From: an uncultured bacterium
GTDB taxonomy: Bacteria > Oederibacteriota > PGYV01 > CAWJRG01
Direction: 5' to 3'
NCBI GenBank assembly: GCA_963845185.1
Contig: CAWJRG010000009.1
Location: forward strand, 384,001-448,000
DNA: 64,000 nt
The position numbers were made by a program, and so were the translations under genes. Position 1 is the first letter of the stretch. Each line of letters opens with the position of its first letter. Of the stretch, positions 19,453 to 29,880 are shown piece after piece. The notes under the pieces are model-generated. The model had not been told where the DNA came from, made no database searches, and saw nothing but the letters and a program-made list of their open reading frames with translations.

Positions 19453-21656
19453 ATTACATAAAAGTGGCGGTATATGCAAATATAGACAGGCTGCTGACAT
19501 ATAAAACAGACCTTGATGTTTCTGATAAAAAGGGCTGTAGGGTAATTGTGCCACTGGGCAGGAAATACGCAAGCGGAGTCATTATCGAGCAGTTAGCCGG
19601 GGGAAAGTCAAACAATCTGCCTGAGGAAAAAATCAAACAGGTTTACAAATTTCTTGATGAAAAACCTGTGATTGACGATAAAATGATAAAACTGGGATTG
19701 TGGGCCTCAGACTATTATTTGTCGGCGCCGGGTACGATATTTTCAGCTATGCTTTCTGCCCTGAACAAGATCGTCTCAAGGCGGGTTATCGCCTTGGTAT
19801 TACCGGCAGCGGATTTGGAAAAGCTTGGGGATAATGAGAAAAAAATAATCGAATTTCTTAAGAGCAAAAGGAGAAAAAGGGCCTTTTTCAAGGACATGGA
19901 AAAAAAGCTCGGGATAAAGGATACGGACGGGGCTGTCAAGGCCCTGAAAGAAAAAGGCATAATAACCGACGCGGACGAGGCTGCGATAAATATAGTAAAA
20001 AGCAAAATGTTCGGGCAAGATACAATTGGCCAGGACAAGGCAAAAGAAATAGAATTAAACAGTTTCCAGAAAGAGGCACTGGGGAAAATATCGGAGAATA
20101 TCGGCAAAAACCAGTACAAGACTTTTCTGCTTTTCGGCATAACAGGTTCGGGCAAGACCGAAGTTTATATACGCGCGGTAAAATGCTGCATCCAAAAAGG
20201 CAGGAAGGCGATAGTGCTCGTGCCCGAGATATTCCTGACGCCGCAGATGCTCGAGAGGTTCCAGCAGGAATTCAAGGATAGTATAGCGGTGTTCCACAGC
20301 GGCCTGAAGCAAAGCGAGCGGCTTAATGAATGGCAGAAGATGAAAGACGGGGCTGTGGACATAGTCATAGGCACGCGCTCGGCAGTATTCGCGCCTTTTG
20401 CGGACCTGGGGCTTATAATAGTGGACGAGGAATTCGACAGCTCTTTCAAGCAGGAAAACAACCCCAAATACAACGCAAGGGACCTGGCTGTTTACAGGGG
20501 GAAAATAAGCAATGCGACCGTGATACTCGGGAGCGCAACACCGTCCATTGAAACCTATAATAATGCCAGGTCCGGGAAATATGAATTTATAAAGCTGCCC
20601 GAAAGGATTGCGGCAAGGCCGATGCCTGAGGTTAAAATCATTGATTTAAAGTTTGACAGCAAAGTTGAGAAATTTTTTTTTCTTTCCGAAACACTTCTGC
20701 AGGAAATGAGGGCTTCGCTTGGAAATAACGAGCAGGTAATACTTTTTATCAACCGCAGGGGGTTTTCGAATTATGTGTTATGCAGGAAATGCGGATACGT
20801 GGAGAAATGCGTCAACTGCGACATACCGCTTATATACCATAAGCACGATGACATGTTTATCTGCCATTACTGTGGGTTCGAAAAGAAACCTGAGGTTTTT
20901 TGCCCTATGTGCAAAACCAGGCTTTTGTACAAGGGAGTCGGCACGCAAAAAGTCGAGGAAATAATAAGTAAGTTTTTCCCGGGGAAAAAAATAGAAAGGA
21001 TAGACATTGACTCAATGCGCGACAAGCAAAGGTACTTTGAGGTTTATAAAGCCATTAAAGACAGGGAAGTGGATATACTCATAGGTACACAGATGATAGC
21101 CAAAGGTTTTGACTTTCCTGAAGTGACTTTTGTCGGCGTCGTAAGCATTGATACTATATTAAACCTGCCTGATTTTAGGTCGGAAGAAAGGGTGTTCCAG
21201 CTTTTAATGCAAGTTGCAGGCAGGACAGGAAGGGGGGACAAGCCAGGTAAAGTAATAATCCAGACTTTTAACCCAGGGAATACGGCAATACAAAGCGTAA
21301 AGAACTATGAAACCGAAAAATTTTACGAGGAACAAATTAAAATAAGGAAAAAATTAAATTACCCGCCTTTTTCAAGGCTGGCGCAGATAATAGTACACGA
21401 TAAAAATGAGGAAAAATGCGCGAAAAGCGCGGATGAAGCGCGCAATCATATCGACGTATTAATAAAAAGGGAAAATATAAAATCGATAGGCATCCTTGGG
21501 CCAGCTCCGGCGCCCTTGTCAAGAATCAGGGGAAAATATCGCTACAGCATCATATTGAAAGGCACGTCTTTGTCTGATTTGAATTATATCGCGAGGGAAA
21601 TGAAGACAGGGATAAAGGGCTTGGAAATAACAATAGACCCGATAAATGTGTTATAA
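19449..21656 (+). CDS. priA: Primosomal protein N' (PriA)
   Basis: GITGSGKTEVY, DEE, GSATPS, two Zn-finger Cys clusters, GTQMIAKG, QVAGRTGR. Confidence 0.96.
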   Translation: MNYIKVAVYANIDRLLTYKTDLDVSDKKGCRVIVPLGRKYASGVIIEQLAGGKSNNLPEEKIKQVYKFLDEKPVIDDKMIKLGLWASDYYLSAPGTIFSAMLSALNKIVSRRVIALVLPAADLEKLGDNEKKIIEFLKSKRRKRAFFKDMEKKLGIKDTDGAVKALKEKGIITDADEAAINIVKSKMFGQDTIGQDKAKEIELNSFQKEALGKISENIGKNQYKTFLLFGITGSGKTEVYIRAVKCCIQKGRKAIVLVPEIFLTPQMLERFQQEFKDSIAVFHSGLKQSERLNEWQKMKDGAVDIVIGTRSAVFAPFADLGLIIVDEEFDSSFKQENNPKYNARDLAVYRGKISNATVILGSATPSIETYNNARSGKYEFIKLPERIAARPMPEVKIIDLKFDSKVEKFFFLSETLLQEMRASLGNNEQVILFINRRGFSNYVLCRKCGYVEKCVNCDIPLIYHKHDDMFICHYCGFEKKPEVFCPMCKTRLLYKGVGTQKVEEIISKFFPGKKIERIDIDSMRDKQRYFEVYKAIKDREVDILIGTQMIAKGFDFPEVTFVGVVSIDTILNLPDFRSEERVFQLLMQVAGRTGRGDKPGKVIIQTFNPGNTAIQSVKNYETEKFYEEQIKIRKKLNYPPFSRLAQIIVHDKNEEKCAKSADEARNHIDVLIKRENIKSIGILGPAPAPLSRIRGKYRYSIILKGTSLSDLNYIAREMKTGIKGLEITIDPINVL

Positions 21657-21745
21657 AGACACTGCTTATTGGCATAAGGAAAATGCAGGCGGCAGGGTGT
21701 TTTGGAGTTGAAAATGATTTTTTTCTGTGTTAAAATCTTTTTGCC

Positions 21746-22111
21746 ATGATAAAAGGAATCGGAATTGACATATGTGATACACAAAAATTAAAATCAAAAA
21801 TAAGGAATAACAGGAAGTTTTTGAAGCGTGTGTTCAGCGCAAGGGAAATAAAGTACTGCAAAAATAAAAGAAATTCAATCCTGCACCTGGCTGGCAGGTT
21901 TGCGGCAAAGGAAGCTTTTATAAAGGCTATTTCGATTGTAAACGGAATTAATTTGAATAAGATTGAAATCGCAAATAACCGCAACGGGATGCCTGATATT
22001 GTTCTTAACAAAGGCATAAAGGCTCTTTTAAGAAAGAAGAAAGGGAAAAAAATAACAATCAGCATAACGCATATAGATACGGTTTCAGCAGCCACGTGCG
22101 TGATTGAGTGA
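21746..22111 (+). CDS. acpS: Holo-ACP synthase
   Basis: GIGIDI, AGRFAAKEAFIKA, ISITH. Confidence 0.95.
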   Translation: MIKGIGIDICDTQKLKSKIRNNRKFLKRVFSAREIKYCKNKRNSILHLAGRFAAKEAFIKAISIVNGINLNKIEIANNRNGMPDIVLNKGIKALLRKKKGKKITISITHIDTVSAATCVIE

Positions 22112-22152
22112 TGAAAAATTGGGTTGTGCTGCAATCAAATTGAGGAGAAAAA

Positions 22153-23700
22153 ATGTATCTTGTTACTTCTTCTGAAATGAAGGAAATAGACAGAATAACG
22201 ACAGAGGAATATAAAATTCCTGCTTCTGTTTTGATGGAAAACGCAGGTGCAAATGTTGTGATGGCTTTAAACCAGGAATTCGCGTCATTATTTATGCGTC
22301 GGGTTTATGTCTTTTGCGGGCAGGGGAATAATGGCGGCGACGGTTTTGTAGTTGCACGCCACGCAAAGGCTGAAGGTGCACAGGTAAAAGTATTTTTTAC
22401 AGGGGATGTTTCAAAACTTACTTCCGAATCAAAAATGAATTTTGACATACTGGATAAATACGGAGTGGAAGTAACGGAATTAAAAGAATCAAGCGACATT
22501 GAAAAGTACCAAAGTGACATATTATCGTCCGATATTATAGTTGACGCGTTATTTGGCACTGGCATTAATAAAGCAGTGGAGGGTTTTTTTGCCAAATTGA
22601 TAGTATTTTTAAATATGACAGGCAAATATATTGTAAGTGTTGATATTCCTTCTGGTATAGACGCTGATACCGGCGACGTCAAGGGCGTGGCAATATATGC
22701 GGACTTGACAATCACGTTTGGCCTGCCGAAAATCGGCCTGGCAATTTACCCTGGGCTGGAATATGTCGGCAAGCTTGTAGTTGCAGACATTACTTTTCCG
22801 CAGCAACTCTTATCGGAGCCAAGGCAAAATGTATTGATAACGAGAGATATTGTTGTACCTTTACTGCCTTACAGGCATCCAAATGCGAATAAAGGCCATT
22901 TTGGGCCTATTTTTATAATCGGCGGTTCGCCGAGTTTGTTAGGGGCTGTTGTGTTGACAGGCAAGGCTGCTTTAAAAACAGGTGCAGGGATAGTTAATAT
23001 CGGACTGCCTGAAAGCTTGTGCAATACAGCTAAAAGCAGAAGCGACGAAATAATAGTGTCGGCATTTAAGGAAACAGCGGATGGCTGCATTGCGGAAGCA
23101 AATTACGACAGGATAATGGAAATTTCAGGAAAGGCAAAAGTCGTTGCCATAGGGCCGGGGATAGGTAGAAATAAGGAAACGCAATCTCTTGTAAGGAAAC
23201 TGGTAAAAACAATTAAAAAACCCATGGTTATTGATGCGGACGGCCTTAATGCAATAGCTGAAGATAAAGAATGCTTGCAAAAAATTTATAAAGATGTTAT
23301 ACTAACTCCACATATTGGCGAAATGTCAAGGCTTGCAAATATTAAGATGGAAGATATTATAAGAGATAAAATTGGAGTTTTAAGAAAATTTGTCAATGAT
23401 TATAAAGTGAATGTTCTTTTGAAAGATGGACGTTCTATTCTGGCAGATGCGGATAAAAATGTGTATGTAAATACCACTGGTAACTCCGGAATGGCAACAC
23501 CCGGAAGCGGCGATGTATTAACCGGTGTAATTGCCGCATTCATGGCTCACGGCATGTTATCTGCGCAAGCAGGAATAATAGCAAACTATGTGCACGGTTT
23601 GGCTGGTGATATATTACGCGGTGAAAACGGCGAAGAAGGAATAATAGCCGGGGATTTGGCAAAAGCCTTACCGCGCGCAATAAAAAATTTAAAACAATAG
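22153..23700 (+). CDS. nnr: Bifunctional NAD(P)HX epimerase/dehydratase
   Basis: LMENAG, GNNGGDG, DALFGTG, VIDADGLN, TPHIGE, GSGDVLTG. Confidence 0.95.
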   Translation: MYLVTSSEMKEIDRITTEEYKIPASVLMENAGANVVMALNQEFASLFMRRVYVFCGQGNNGGDGFVVARHAKAEGAQVKVFFTGDVSKLTSESKMNFDILDKYGVEVTELKESSDIEKYQSDILSSDIIVDALFGTGINKAVEGFFAKLIVFLNMTGKYIVSVDIPSGIDADTGDVKGVAIYADLTITFGLPKIGLAIYPGLEYVGKLVVADITFPQQLLSEPRQNVLITRDIVVPLLPYRHPNANKGHFGPIFIIGGSPSLLGAVVLTGKAALKTGAGIVNIGLPESLCNTAKSRSDEIIVSAFKETADGCIAEANYDRIMEISGKAKVVAIGPGIGRNKETQSLVRKLVKTIKKPMVIDADGLNAIAEDKECLQKIYKDVILTPHIGEMSRLANIKMEDIIRDKIGVLRKFVNDYKVNVLLKDGRSILADADKNVYVNTTGNSGMATPGSGDVLTGVIAAFMAHGMLSAQAGIIANYVHGLAGDILRGENGEEGIIAGDLAKALPRAIKNLKQ

Positions 23701-23710
23701 GAGGAAATAT

Positions 23711-24175
23711 ATGATTTCACCAATTCTAATTCTGCTAGTTTCCTTTTTATTTTTGATAATGTGGGGATGGATAATTACTATGTTTGTCGCTAATTTTTTA
23801 ATAAAAAGGAAAATAAACGTCTTAATAAGCCAGCCATTGTCAATAGAACAGAAGGAAGAACTTGATAACCTCCAGCTTGACCTTGATATAAATGCTTACC
23901 GCGCAAAAATGTCAAAAAGAATAGTTTTTGTATTCAGTTTGTTTTATGTAATACTTGCCTTGGCGCTGGTTTGGCTCAACAGCAAATACACGCTTTTTAC
24001 TTATGACGGGCTTGTTGATAATTTGAAACTTACCATGCTTATAGTGATATTGCTTTTTGTGCCATCATATGTTGGCCTGGAAATTATAAGCAATACGGAG
24101 GGCGCATCGAGCGACATAGCGGCCAAGCTTAAATTCACTGAAGAGTTAAAGCCGGGCGAAGAAGTTGAAGTTTAA
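23711..24175 (+). CDS. Hypothetical membrane protein (3 TM)
   Basis: SD GGAGG, three hydrophobic segments, operon context. Confidence 0.65.
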   Translation: MISPILILLVSFLFLIMWGWIITMFVANFLIKRKINVLISQPLSIEQKEELDNLQLDLDINAYRAKMSKRIVFVFSLFYVILALALVWLNSKYTLFTYDGLVDNLKLTMLIVILLFVPSYVGLEIISNTEGASSDIAAKLKFTEELKPGEEVEV

Positions 24176-24533
24176 ATACATAGCAGCGGTAATAATAGCA
24201 ATAGTTTTGATTGCGGGGTGCGCAGGAGCACAAATAAAAAAAGGGGCACTGGAAGTCAAAATTGATCCCGAAAAAGGCATAGCCCCTGGTACAATTGTCA
24301 GCGTGGAAGTAAAAGCGCCTGATGATGCTGTAAAAGTTTACGGGTATCTCGATATATGGCCGGATTTCCGTATATTCCTGAAATACGACCCCAATAATAA
24401 AATTTGGTTTAGAAAACAAATGATTCCTGTTGATTTAGTATTTCCACAAAGAGGAGAGTTTTTAATAAAGATTGAAGCTATAAATAAAGCAGGGGAAAAA
24501 TACCAGGCCGAAAAGAAAATTTCAACATTTTGA
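24165..24533 (+). CDS. Hypothetical lipoprotein, Ig-like
   Basis: Lipobox LIAG-C; beta-rich mature part. Confidence 0.7.
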   Translation: MKFKYIAAVIIAIVLIAGCAGAQIKKGALEVKIDPEKGIAPGTIVSVEVKAPDDAVKVYGYLDIWPDFRIFLKYDPNNKIWFRKQMIPVDLVFPQRGEFLIKIEAINKAGEKYQAEKKISTF

Positions 24534-24585
24534 CATAAAACACCCAAAGGATTCATACCTATTATTTGAAGGAGGATTTTAGATT

Positions 24586-25404
24586 ATGACAAAATCAGGC
24601 AAAAATAAAATAAGAACAGCAGAAGTACAGCCGGCTGAACCGCATACGATTGAAACGCAGCATCAAAATCCAAAGAGCAACATGAGCAAGATATTTGGAC
24701 TTATTATCCTTATTATCCTTCTCTTTTTCGCATATAAAATAATTGATTATTATACCGGCTGGGGTAATACTGAAAAGGTAATAAAAAGACATATTGACGA
24801 TGCGGAAAAAAGCATAATTTATAAAAGGTACAGTTCGGCGATATTTGAATATAATTTCATCATTAAAAAATGGGGCGGGAAGGAAAAATATAAGGATTAT
24901 GTAAAGCAGGCAAAACTCTCACTCGCAAAAACATACAAAGATTCAGAGCAATATATTAGCGCCATAGACGCATATAAAGCACTTATTAACGAATACAAGG
25001 ATAGCAACAGGGATATGTATGCGTGGCTTTTATTAGAACTTGGGGATTCCTATAACAGCATATTAAATACTGAAGAAGCTATAAGAACATATCAGTTGGT
25101 TATAGATGAATTCAAAGACAGCGACTGGGCCGCTGAAGCTTTTTTCGGCATAGCGGAGGCGTATAAATCAAAAAAAGATTATAAAAATGCGCTTGTTTAC
25201 TATAGCACAGTTGTGAATAAATACCAAAAAGGGTTTTTAAGCGCCGAGGCAATGACTAATATGGGAAAAATATACGAGCAGGAAAATAACATCAAGCAAG
25301 CATTTAAAATATACGAAAAAATAATTAAAGATTATCCGGATATTGTAACCGAAGAAGCAAAATTGAGATACGATGTTTTATCCCAAAAATTAAAGATTAA
25401 ATGA
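24586..25404 (+). CDS. Membrane-anchored TPR protein (CpoB/BamD-like)
   Basis: Single TM, then TPRs with A...Y..VI..Y/F pattern. Confidence 0.75.
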   Translation: MTKSGKNKIRTAEVQPAEPHTIETQHQNPKSNMSKIFGLIILIILLFFAYKIIDYYTGWGNTEKVIKRHIDDAEKSIIYKRYSSAIFEYNFIIKKWGGKEKYKDYVKQAKLSLAKTYKDSEQYISAIDAYKALINEYKDSNRDMYAWLLLELGDSYNSILNTEEAIRTYQLVIDEFKDSDWAAEAFFGIAEAYKSKKDYKNALVYYSTVVNKYQKGFLSAEAMTNMGKIYEQENNIKQAFKIYEKIIKDYPDIVTEEAKLRYDVLSQKLKIK

Positions 25405-26390
25405 GAGAATTTGAGTTTATTAAACAAATAAAAAAAAATATAACTTATAAAAATGCCGGAGTAATTAAAGGCATAGGGGACGACTGCGCAATAATCAATT
25501 TTGAACACGCGAAAAATAAATTCCTTATTGTAACTGCGGATTCTTTGTTTGAGGATGTACATTTTAAGAAAAAATATTTTAAACCATTGGAAATAGGCGC
25601 AAGGGCAATGGCTGTCAACATATCTGATATATGTGCAATGGGAGGGATTCCATTATATGCCATTGTAAGCATCGGTTATCCGGCCAAAGAAAAACAGGAC
25701 TTAATTAATAATTTGTACAAGGGAATTATCGAGTATGGAACAAATTACGGCATAGAGGTTGTAGGCGGCGATATAATATCGGCTGATAAAATATTTATTT
25801 CCATAACTTTAATCGGCGAGGTAGAGAAAGAAAAAGTCCTAAGACGCGACACCGCAAAGGCAGGCGATATTATTTTTGTTACCGGAGTTTTAGGAGACTC
25901 TTATTCCGGGCTTAAAATATTGAGCCGACGGAAGAATAACCAAATAAAGGATTTTGAATATATCCCAATAAAAAGACATATATTGCCTGTTCCCAGGTAT
26001 ATAGAAGGACGCATGCTGGCCGAATCCGATTTATTAAATTCATGCATTGATGTTTCCGATGGTATTGTAAATGATGTTACTAGAGTAGCCGAAGAAAGCG
26101 GTCTTGGCGCAGAGATATACGCAGAAACATTACCGGTTTCCCCGTCCGCTTATTGTGTCGCCATGAAATACAGAGACGACCCTCTGGATTATGCCTTATA
26201 CGGCGGAGAGGATTATGAACTTTTATTTACAGTTAGTGCGGTAAACAGGAATAAAATTTTAAAATTTGCCAGTGAAAATAATCTCGATATATCCGAGATA
26301 GGGAAAATGACTTCGAATAAAGCTATTTATATAATCAGAAAAGGCAAAAAAATAAAGGAAACTTATAAAAAAGCATGGAGACATTTTTAA
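25401..26390 (+). CDS. thiL: Thiamine-monophosphate kinase
   Basis: EFEFI, GIGDDCA, NISDICAMGG, DVSDG, GGEDYELLFT. Confidence 0.96.
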   Translation: MREFEFIKQIKKNITYKNAGVIKGIGDDCAIINFEHAKNKFLIVTADSLFEDVHFKKKYFKPLEIGARAMAVNISDICAMGGIPLYAIVSIGYPAKEKQDLINNLYKGIIEYGTNYGIEVVGGDIISADKIFISITLIGEVEKEKVLRRDTAKAGDIIFVTGVLGDSYSGLKILSRRKNNQIKDFEYIPIKRHILPVPRYIEGRMLAESDLLNSCIDVSDGIVNDVTRVAEESGLGAEIYAETLPVSPSAYCVAMKYRDDPLDYALYGGEDYELLFTVSAVNRNKILKFASENNLDISEIGKMTSNKAIYIIRKGKKIKETYKKAWRHF

Positions 26391-26839
26391 ATAAAAGATT
26401 CAAGAAGATTGATTATTATATTTCCGAAAGTACCAAAGAGACTATTAAGTATGCGGAGAACTTTGCAAGAATTTTAAAAAGGGGAAATATTATAGGGTTG
26501 ATGGGGAGATTAGGAGCGGGAAAAACATATTTTGTCAAAGGGGCAGCCAGGGCTTTTGGAATAAAAAGGGATCTGATTATAAGCCCCACATTTAACCTGA
26601 TAAAGGAATATAATGGAAAAATAATCCTTTATCATTTTGATTTTTATAGGCTTAAAAATATGAAAGAATTATATGGTATAGGTTTTAGACATTATTTTGA
26701 AAATGAAAAAGCCATAATTTTTATTGAATGGGCGGACAAAATAAAAGAAATTTATAGTGATTACACACACATTGTAAGTATGGAGATTGCCGGAAGGCAA
26801 AAAAGAAATATAACTATTTATGCGAATAAAATGAAATAA
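26375..26839 (+). CDS. tsaE: tRNA t6A ATPase TsaE
   Basis: GRLGAGKT, SPTF, HFDFYRL, IEWAD. Confidence 0.95.
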   Translation: METFLNKRFKKIDYYISESTKETIKYAENFARILKRGNIIGLMGRLGAGKTYFVKGAARAFGIKRDLIISPTFNLIKEYNGKIILYHFDFYRLKNMKELYGIGFRHYFENEKAIIFIEWADKIKEIYSDYTHIVSMEIAGRQKRNITIYANKMK

Positions 26840-26853
26840 TTTGAGGGGACCCA

Positions 26854-27561
26854 ATGCTGACACTTACAGTTGATTCATCCACCAAAGAGATAGGGCTTGG
26901 TATTTTTGACGGGCAAAAAGTTCTTGCTGAACAATATGTTGTCGCAGAAGCACGATATAATAAGATCCTTGTACCTTTGATAGATGAAATTTTAAAAAAA
27001 ATAGATTTGAATATTGAAGATATTGATGTCTTTGCATCTACGCTGGGCCCTGGTTCTTTCACGGGCATAAGGGTAGGGATGGCGTCAATGAAAGCTTTTG
27101 CACAGGGGCTTAATAAAAAGTTTTTTGGTATAACAATACTGGAAATAATGGCTAATTCAGTACAAAAAGAAAATACTGTAATATACCCGATAATAGATGC
27201 AAAAAGAAATGAGATTTATGCAGCGGCATACGTAAATAAGAATAATAAACTAAATTTAAAAACCGATATTAAGCTTATGAGCAAAGAAAAATTTTTTAAT
27301 AATATACAAAATGAGGATACAATTTGTTATTTAAAATATGAAAATATTCAGGTTGATTTATTCGAGAAAAATAGTAAAATTTCTTTTATTGAACTGGAGC
27401 ATGTGGACATGAAAAGCTTTAACGAGATTATTTTAAAAGAAAAGGAAAATTTAGAAAAGGCAAATAACGTCATGTTTACTCCGGCATATATAATGAAACC
27501 TGATGCAAAAACAAATTTTAAAGAAAGGAAATTATATGCAAAAAGCAGGCTTGATTTTTAA
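26854..27561 (+). CDS. tsaB: tRNA t6A protein TsaB
   Basis: DSST, GPGSFTGIRVG, IDAKRNEIY. Confidence 0.95.
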   Translation: MLTLTVDSSTKEIGLGIFDGQKVLAEQYVVAEARYNKILVPLIDEILKKIDLNIEDIDVFASTLGPGSFTGIRVGMASMKAFAQGLNKKFFGITILEIMANSVQKENTVIYPIIDAKRNEIYAAAYVNKNNKLNLKTDIKLMSKEKFFNNIQNEDTICYLKYENIQVDLFEKNSKISFIELEHVDMKSFNEIILKEKENLEKANNVMFTPAYIMKPDAKTNFKERKLYAKSRLDF

Positions 27562-28069
27562 AGGAACTATTATAGCGGCCATTACGCTTTTTGTAATCGA
27601 ATTATTAAGTTTTTTATTATTTAACGATATATATAATGCCAATATAGGTACGGCTTTAATTTCACAAAAACCTTTTATTCTGATTTTAAAATTATTTTTT
27701 GTAAACATTATTGTTGGTTTTTTAATTGCATGTATTTTTGATTTTTTTTATCTTATGCTACCGGGAGGTTTTTTACGAAAAGCTTTATATTTTGCCTTTA
27801 TACTATTTGCTTTAGGAACAATTACCTGGCTTTTACATTTTTTTATAATATTTAATATGAACAATGGTTTTTTCTTTTTATTACTTATTGAATATATGCT
27901 ACTTGATTTCATTATAGCACTTATTTTAGTGGGTATTTATAACGAATATTACTTAATAAAACAAAAAGGAATTAAAACGGAGCCAAACGCAAACACGGCA
28001 GCAATTAATAAGCAGGAGGAAAAAAATGTTAAAAAAGACATTAATACTAACTACAATAAGCCTGTTTAA
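27536..28069 (+). CDS. Hypothetical membrane protein (4 TM)
   Basis: Four hydrophobic helices; second ATG has SD AAAGGA. Confidence 0.6.
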   Translation: MQKAGLIFKGTIIAAITLFVIELLSFLLFNDIYNANIGTALISQKPFILILKLFFVNIIVGFLIACIFDFFYLMLPGGFLRKALYFAFILFALGTITWLLHFFIIFNMNNGFFFLLLIEYMLLDFIIALILVGIYNEYYLIKQKGIKTEPNANTAAINKQEEKNVKKDINTNYNKPV

Positions 28070-28685
28070 CACATTTTTTGTTTTGGGGCAGAATATTACA
28101 CCTACAACTTATCAAAATTCATCCAGCACTACATCGATAAAACAGACTGCAACTATTGATTTATCGGGAAATACTGTTGTTCAAAGAAATTTTTATTTAA
28201 GAATAGGCGCTATTGAGTCAATTAAAAACGATAAGTATTTATTAAAACAAAAAACTTCAGAAATTGAATTCTATATTAATAATGATACAAGAATATTTTT
28301 GACAAGTAAAGGCTCTTTTGATGACATAAATATAGGTGATTATGTTCTTATCAGGGGGCCACGCAACAAAAGAGTTGCACTTGCAAATTCTGTTTCGATC
28401 TATAAAGATAAAAAACTATTTATGGCATTTAATGTCAAAGACGAGTATGTCATAAAAGGTATAATTAGACAAAAAGAGCCTTTTATAATAACGCCAGATA
28501 ATGAAGGCAGGGATTTAAAAGTTGAATACGATGAAGATACTTACTGGATTTTAAATAAAGAAGTGGACGCGAATGAAATCAAAGTGGGTGATAGGGCAAA
28601 TCTTTACTTTGATACAGTAGTAAGCATTCGCTACAAAAATTATCCCATTAAAATAACAATAAACAGGGATAAGCCAGAGAATTAA
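28026..28685 (+). CDS. Secreted protein with two OB-like repeats (DUF5666-like)
   Basis: Signal peptide; repeated G.I...DTRI/DTYW...DINIGD/EIKVGD pattern. Confidence 0.55.
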   Translation: MLKKTLILTTISLFNTFFVLGQNITPTTYQNSSSTTSIKQTATIDLSGNTVVQRNFYLRIGAIESIKNDKYLLKQKTSEIEFYINNDTRIFLTSKGSFDDINIGDYVLIRGPRNKRVALANSVSIYKDKKLFMAFNVKDEYVIKGIIRQKEPFIITPDNEGRDLKVEYDEDTYWILNKEVDANEIKVGDRANLYFDTVVSIRYKNYPIKITINRDKPEN

Positions 28686-29173
28686 TTTTATAAGAAGCTA
28701 AATTTTCTATATAATTATTTAGGGGAAAATACAATTACATTAAAACATATATCCTAAATACAGTTTCATTTGAAGAAATAACAGTTTTTTATTGCGCAAC
28801 AAACTGCACTGTTTATGGGACGTTTCATATTATAAAAACAATTGCAATAAAACCTGAAATAGATATTGAAAACAAAGATAATTAGTATATAATCATTTAA
28901 GTTTTAGTTTTTAAGTTATGAAACAAATAAATAGCCGTCCAAAATAAGCTATTTATTAAAATCAAGTGTTCTTATTTGAAAAAATAGAGCATATAAAATA
29001 ATCTTTAGAAATCAAATTAAATTTATCTATTATTGGTTTTGTAATTTAATAAACGAGCCTAATTATGTTTTAGTAAGTTATATTGAAGTTATAATACCCG
29101 GATAAATATGCCATGCTAGACATTATTGGGATTTGTTTTAGAAGGCGAGGTAATTTAAGCACAAAGTATTAAT

Positions 29174-29854
29174 ATGGCAAATATTAAACAGAATATAGAA
29201 AATATCAAAAAAGTAATTAGCAATTTAAATAAAGAGACAAAAATAGTAGGGGTTACAAAGTCAGTTGATGTTGAAAGAATAGTAGAAGCAATAGAAGCAG
29301 GTTTAACTGATTTTGGCGAAAATAAAGTTCAAGAAGCGATACCCAAGATAGAAATATTGAAACATAAAAACATAAAATGGCATTTTATCGGGCATTTGCA
29401 AAGCAATAAGATTAACAAAACAATAAAATATTTTAATATTGTGCAATCAATAGACACCGTTGAGCTGGCAATGAAAATGTCCGAAGCCCTTGCCAGAGAT
29501 AATATGTCAATTGATGCGTTCATTGAAGTAAAAGTTTCGCGAGAGCCAACTAAGTTTGGGGCTTCGCCAGAGCAGATACTTCGGATTATAGAGAAAATTT
29601 CAAAGCTGAAAAATATTAATTTATATGGATTTATGGCTATTGCGCCGTATTCCGAAAACGTTGAGGACGCTAGGCCTTATTTTAAAATTGCAAAATCTTT
29701 ATTTGATGAGATAAAAAGAAATTATTCGAACGAAAATGTAAAAATGCAATACCTGTCAATGGGAATGACAGACGATTATGTTGTGGCAATTGAAGAAGGT
29801 GCGAATATGGTCAGGATAGGAACAGGAATATTCGGGAATAGAATAATAAAGTAA
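29174..29854 (+). CDS. yggS: PLP homeostasis protein
   Basis: GVTK, FGENKVQE, WHFIGHLQSNK, LSMGMTDD, VRIGTGIFG. Confidence 0.96.
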   Translation: MANIKQNIENIKKVISNLNKETKIVGVTKSVDVERIVEAIEAGLTDFGENKVQEAIPKIEILKHKNIKWHFIGHLQSNKINKTIKYFNIVQSIDTVELAMKMSEALARDNMSIDAFIEVKVSREPTKFGASPEQILRIIEKISKLKNINLYGFMAIAPYSENVEDARPYFKIAKSLFDEIKRNYSNENVKMQYLSMGMTDDYVVAIEEGANMVRIGTGIFGNRIIK

Positions 29855-29880
29855 ACATAAGAAAGGTATAAAGAGGAAAA

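Noticed and set aside
28686..29173. Replication origin
   Set aside because: AT-rich, but no TTATCCACA-like boxes and no dnaA/gidA context.
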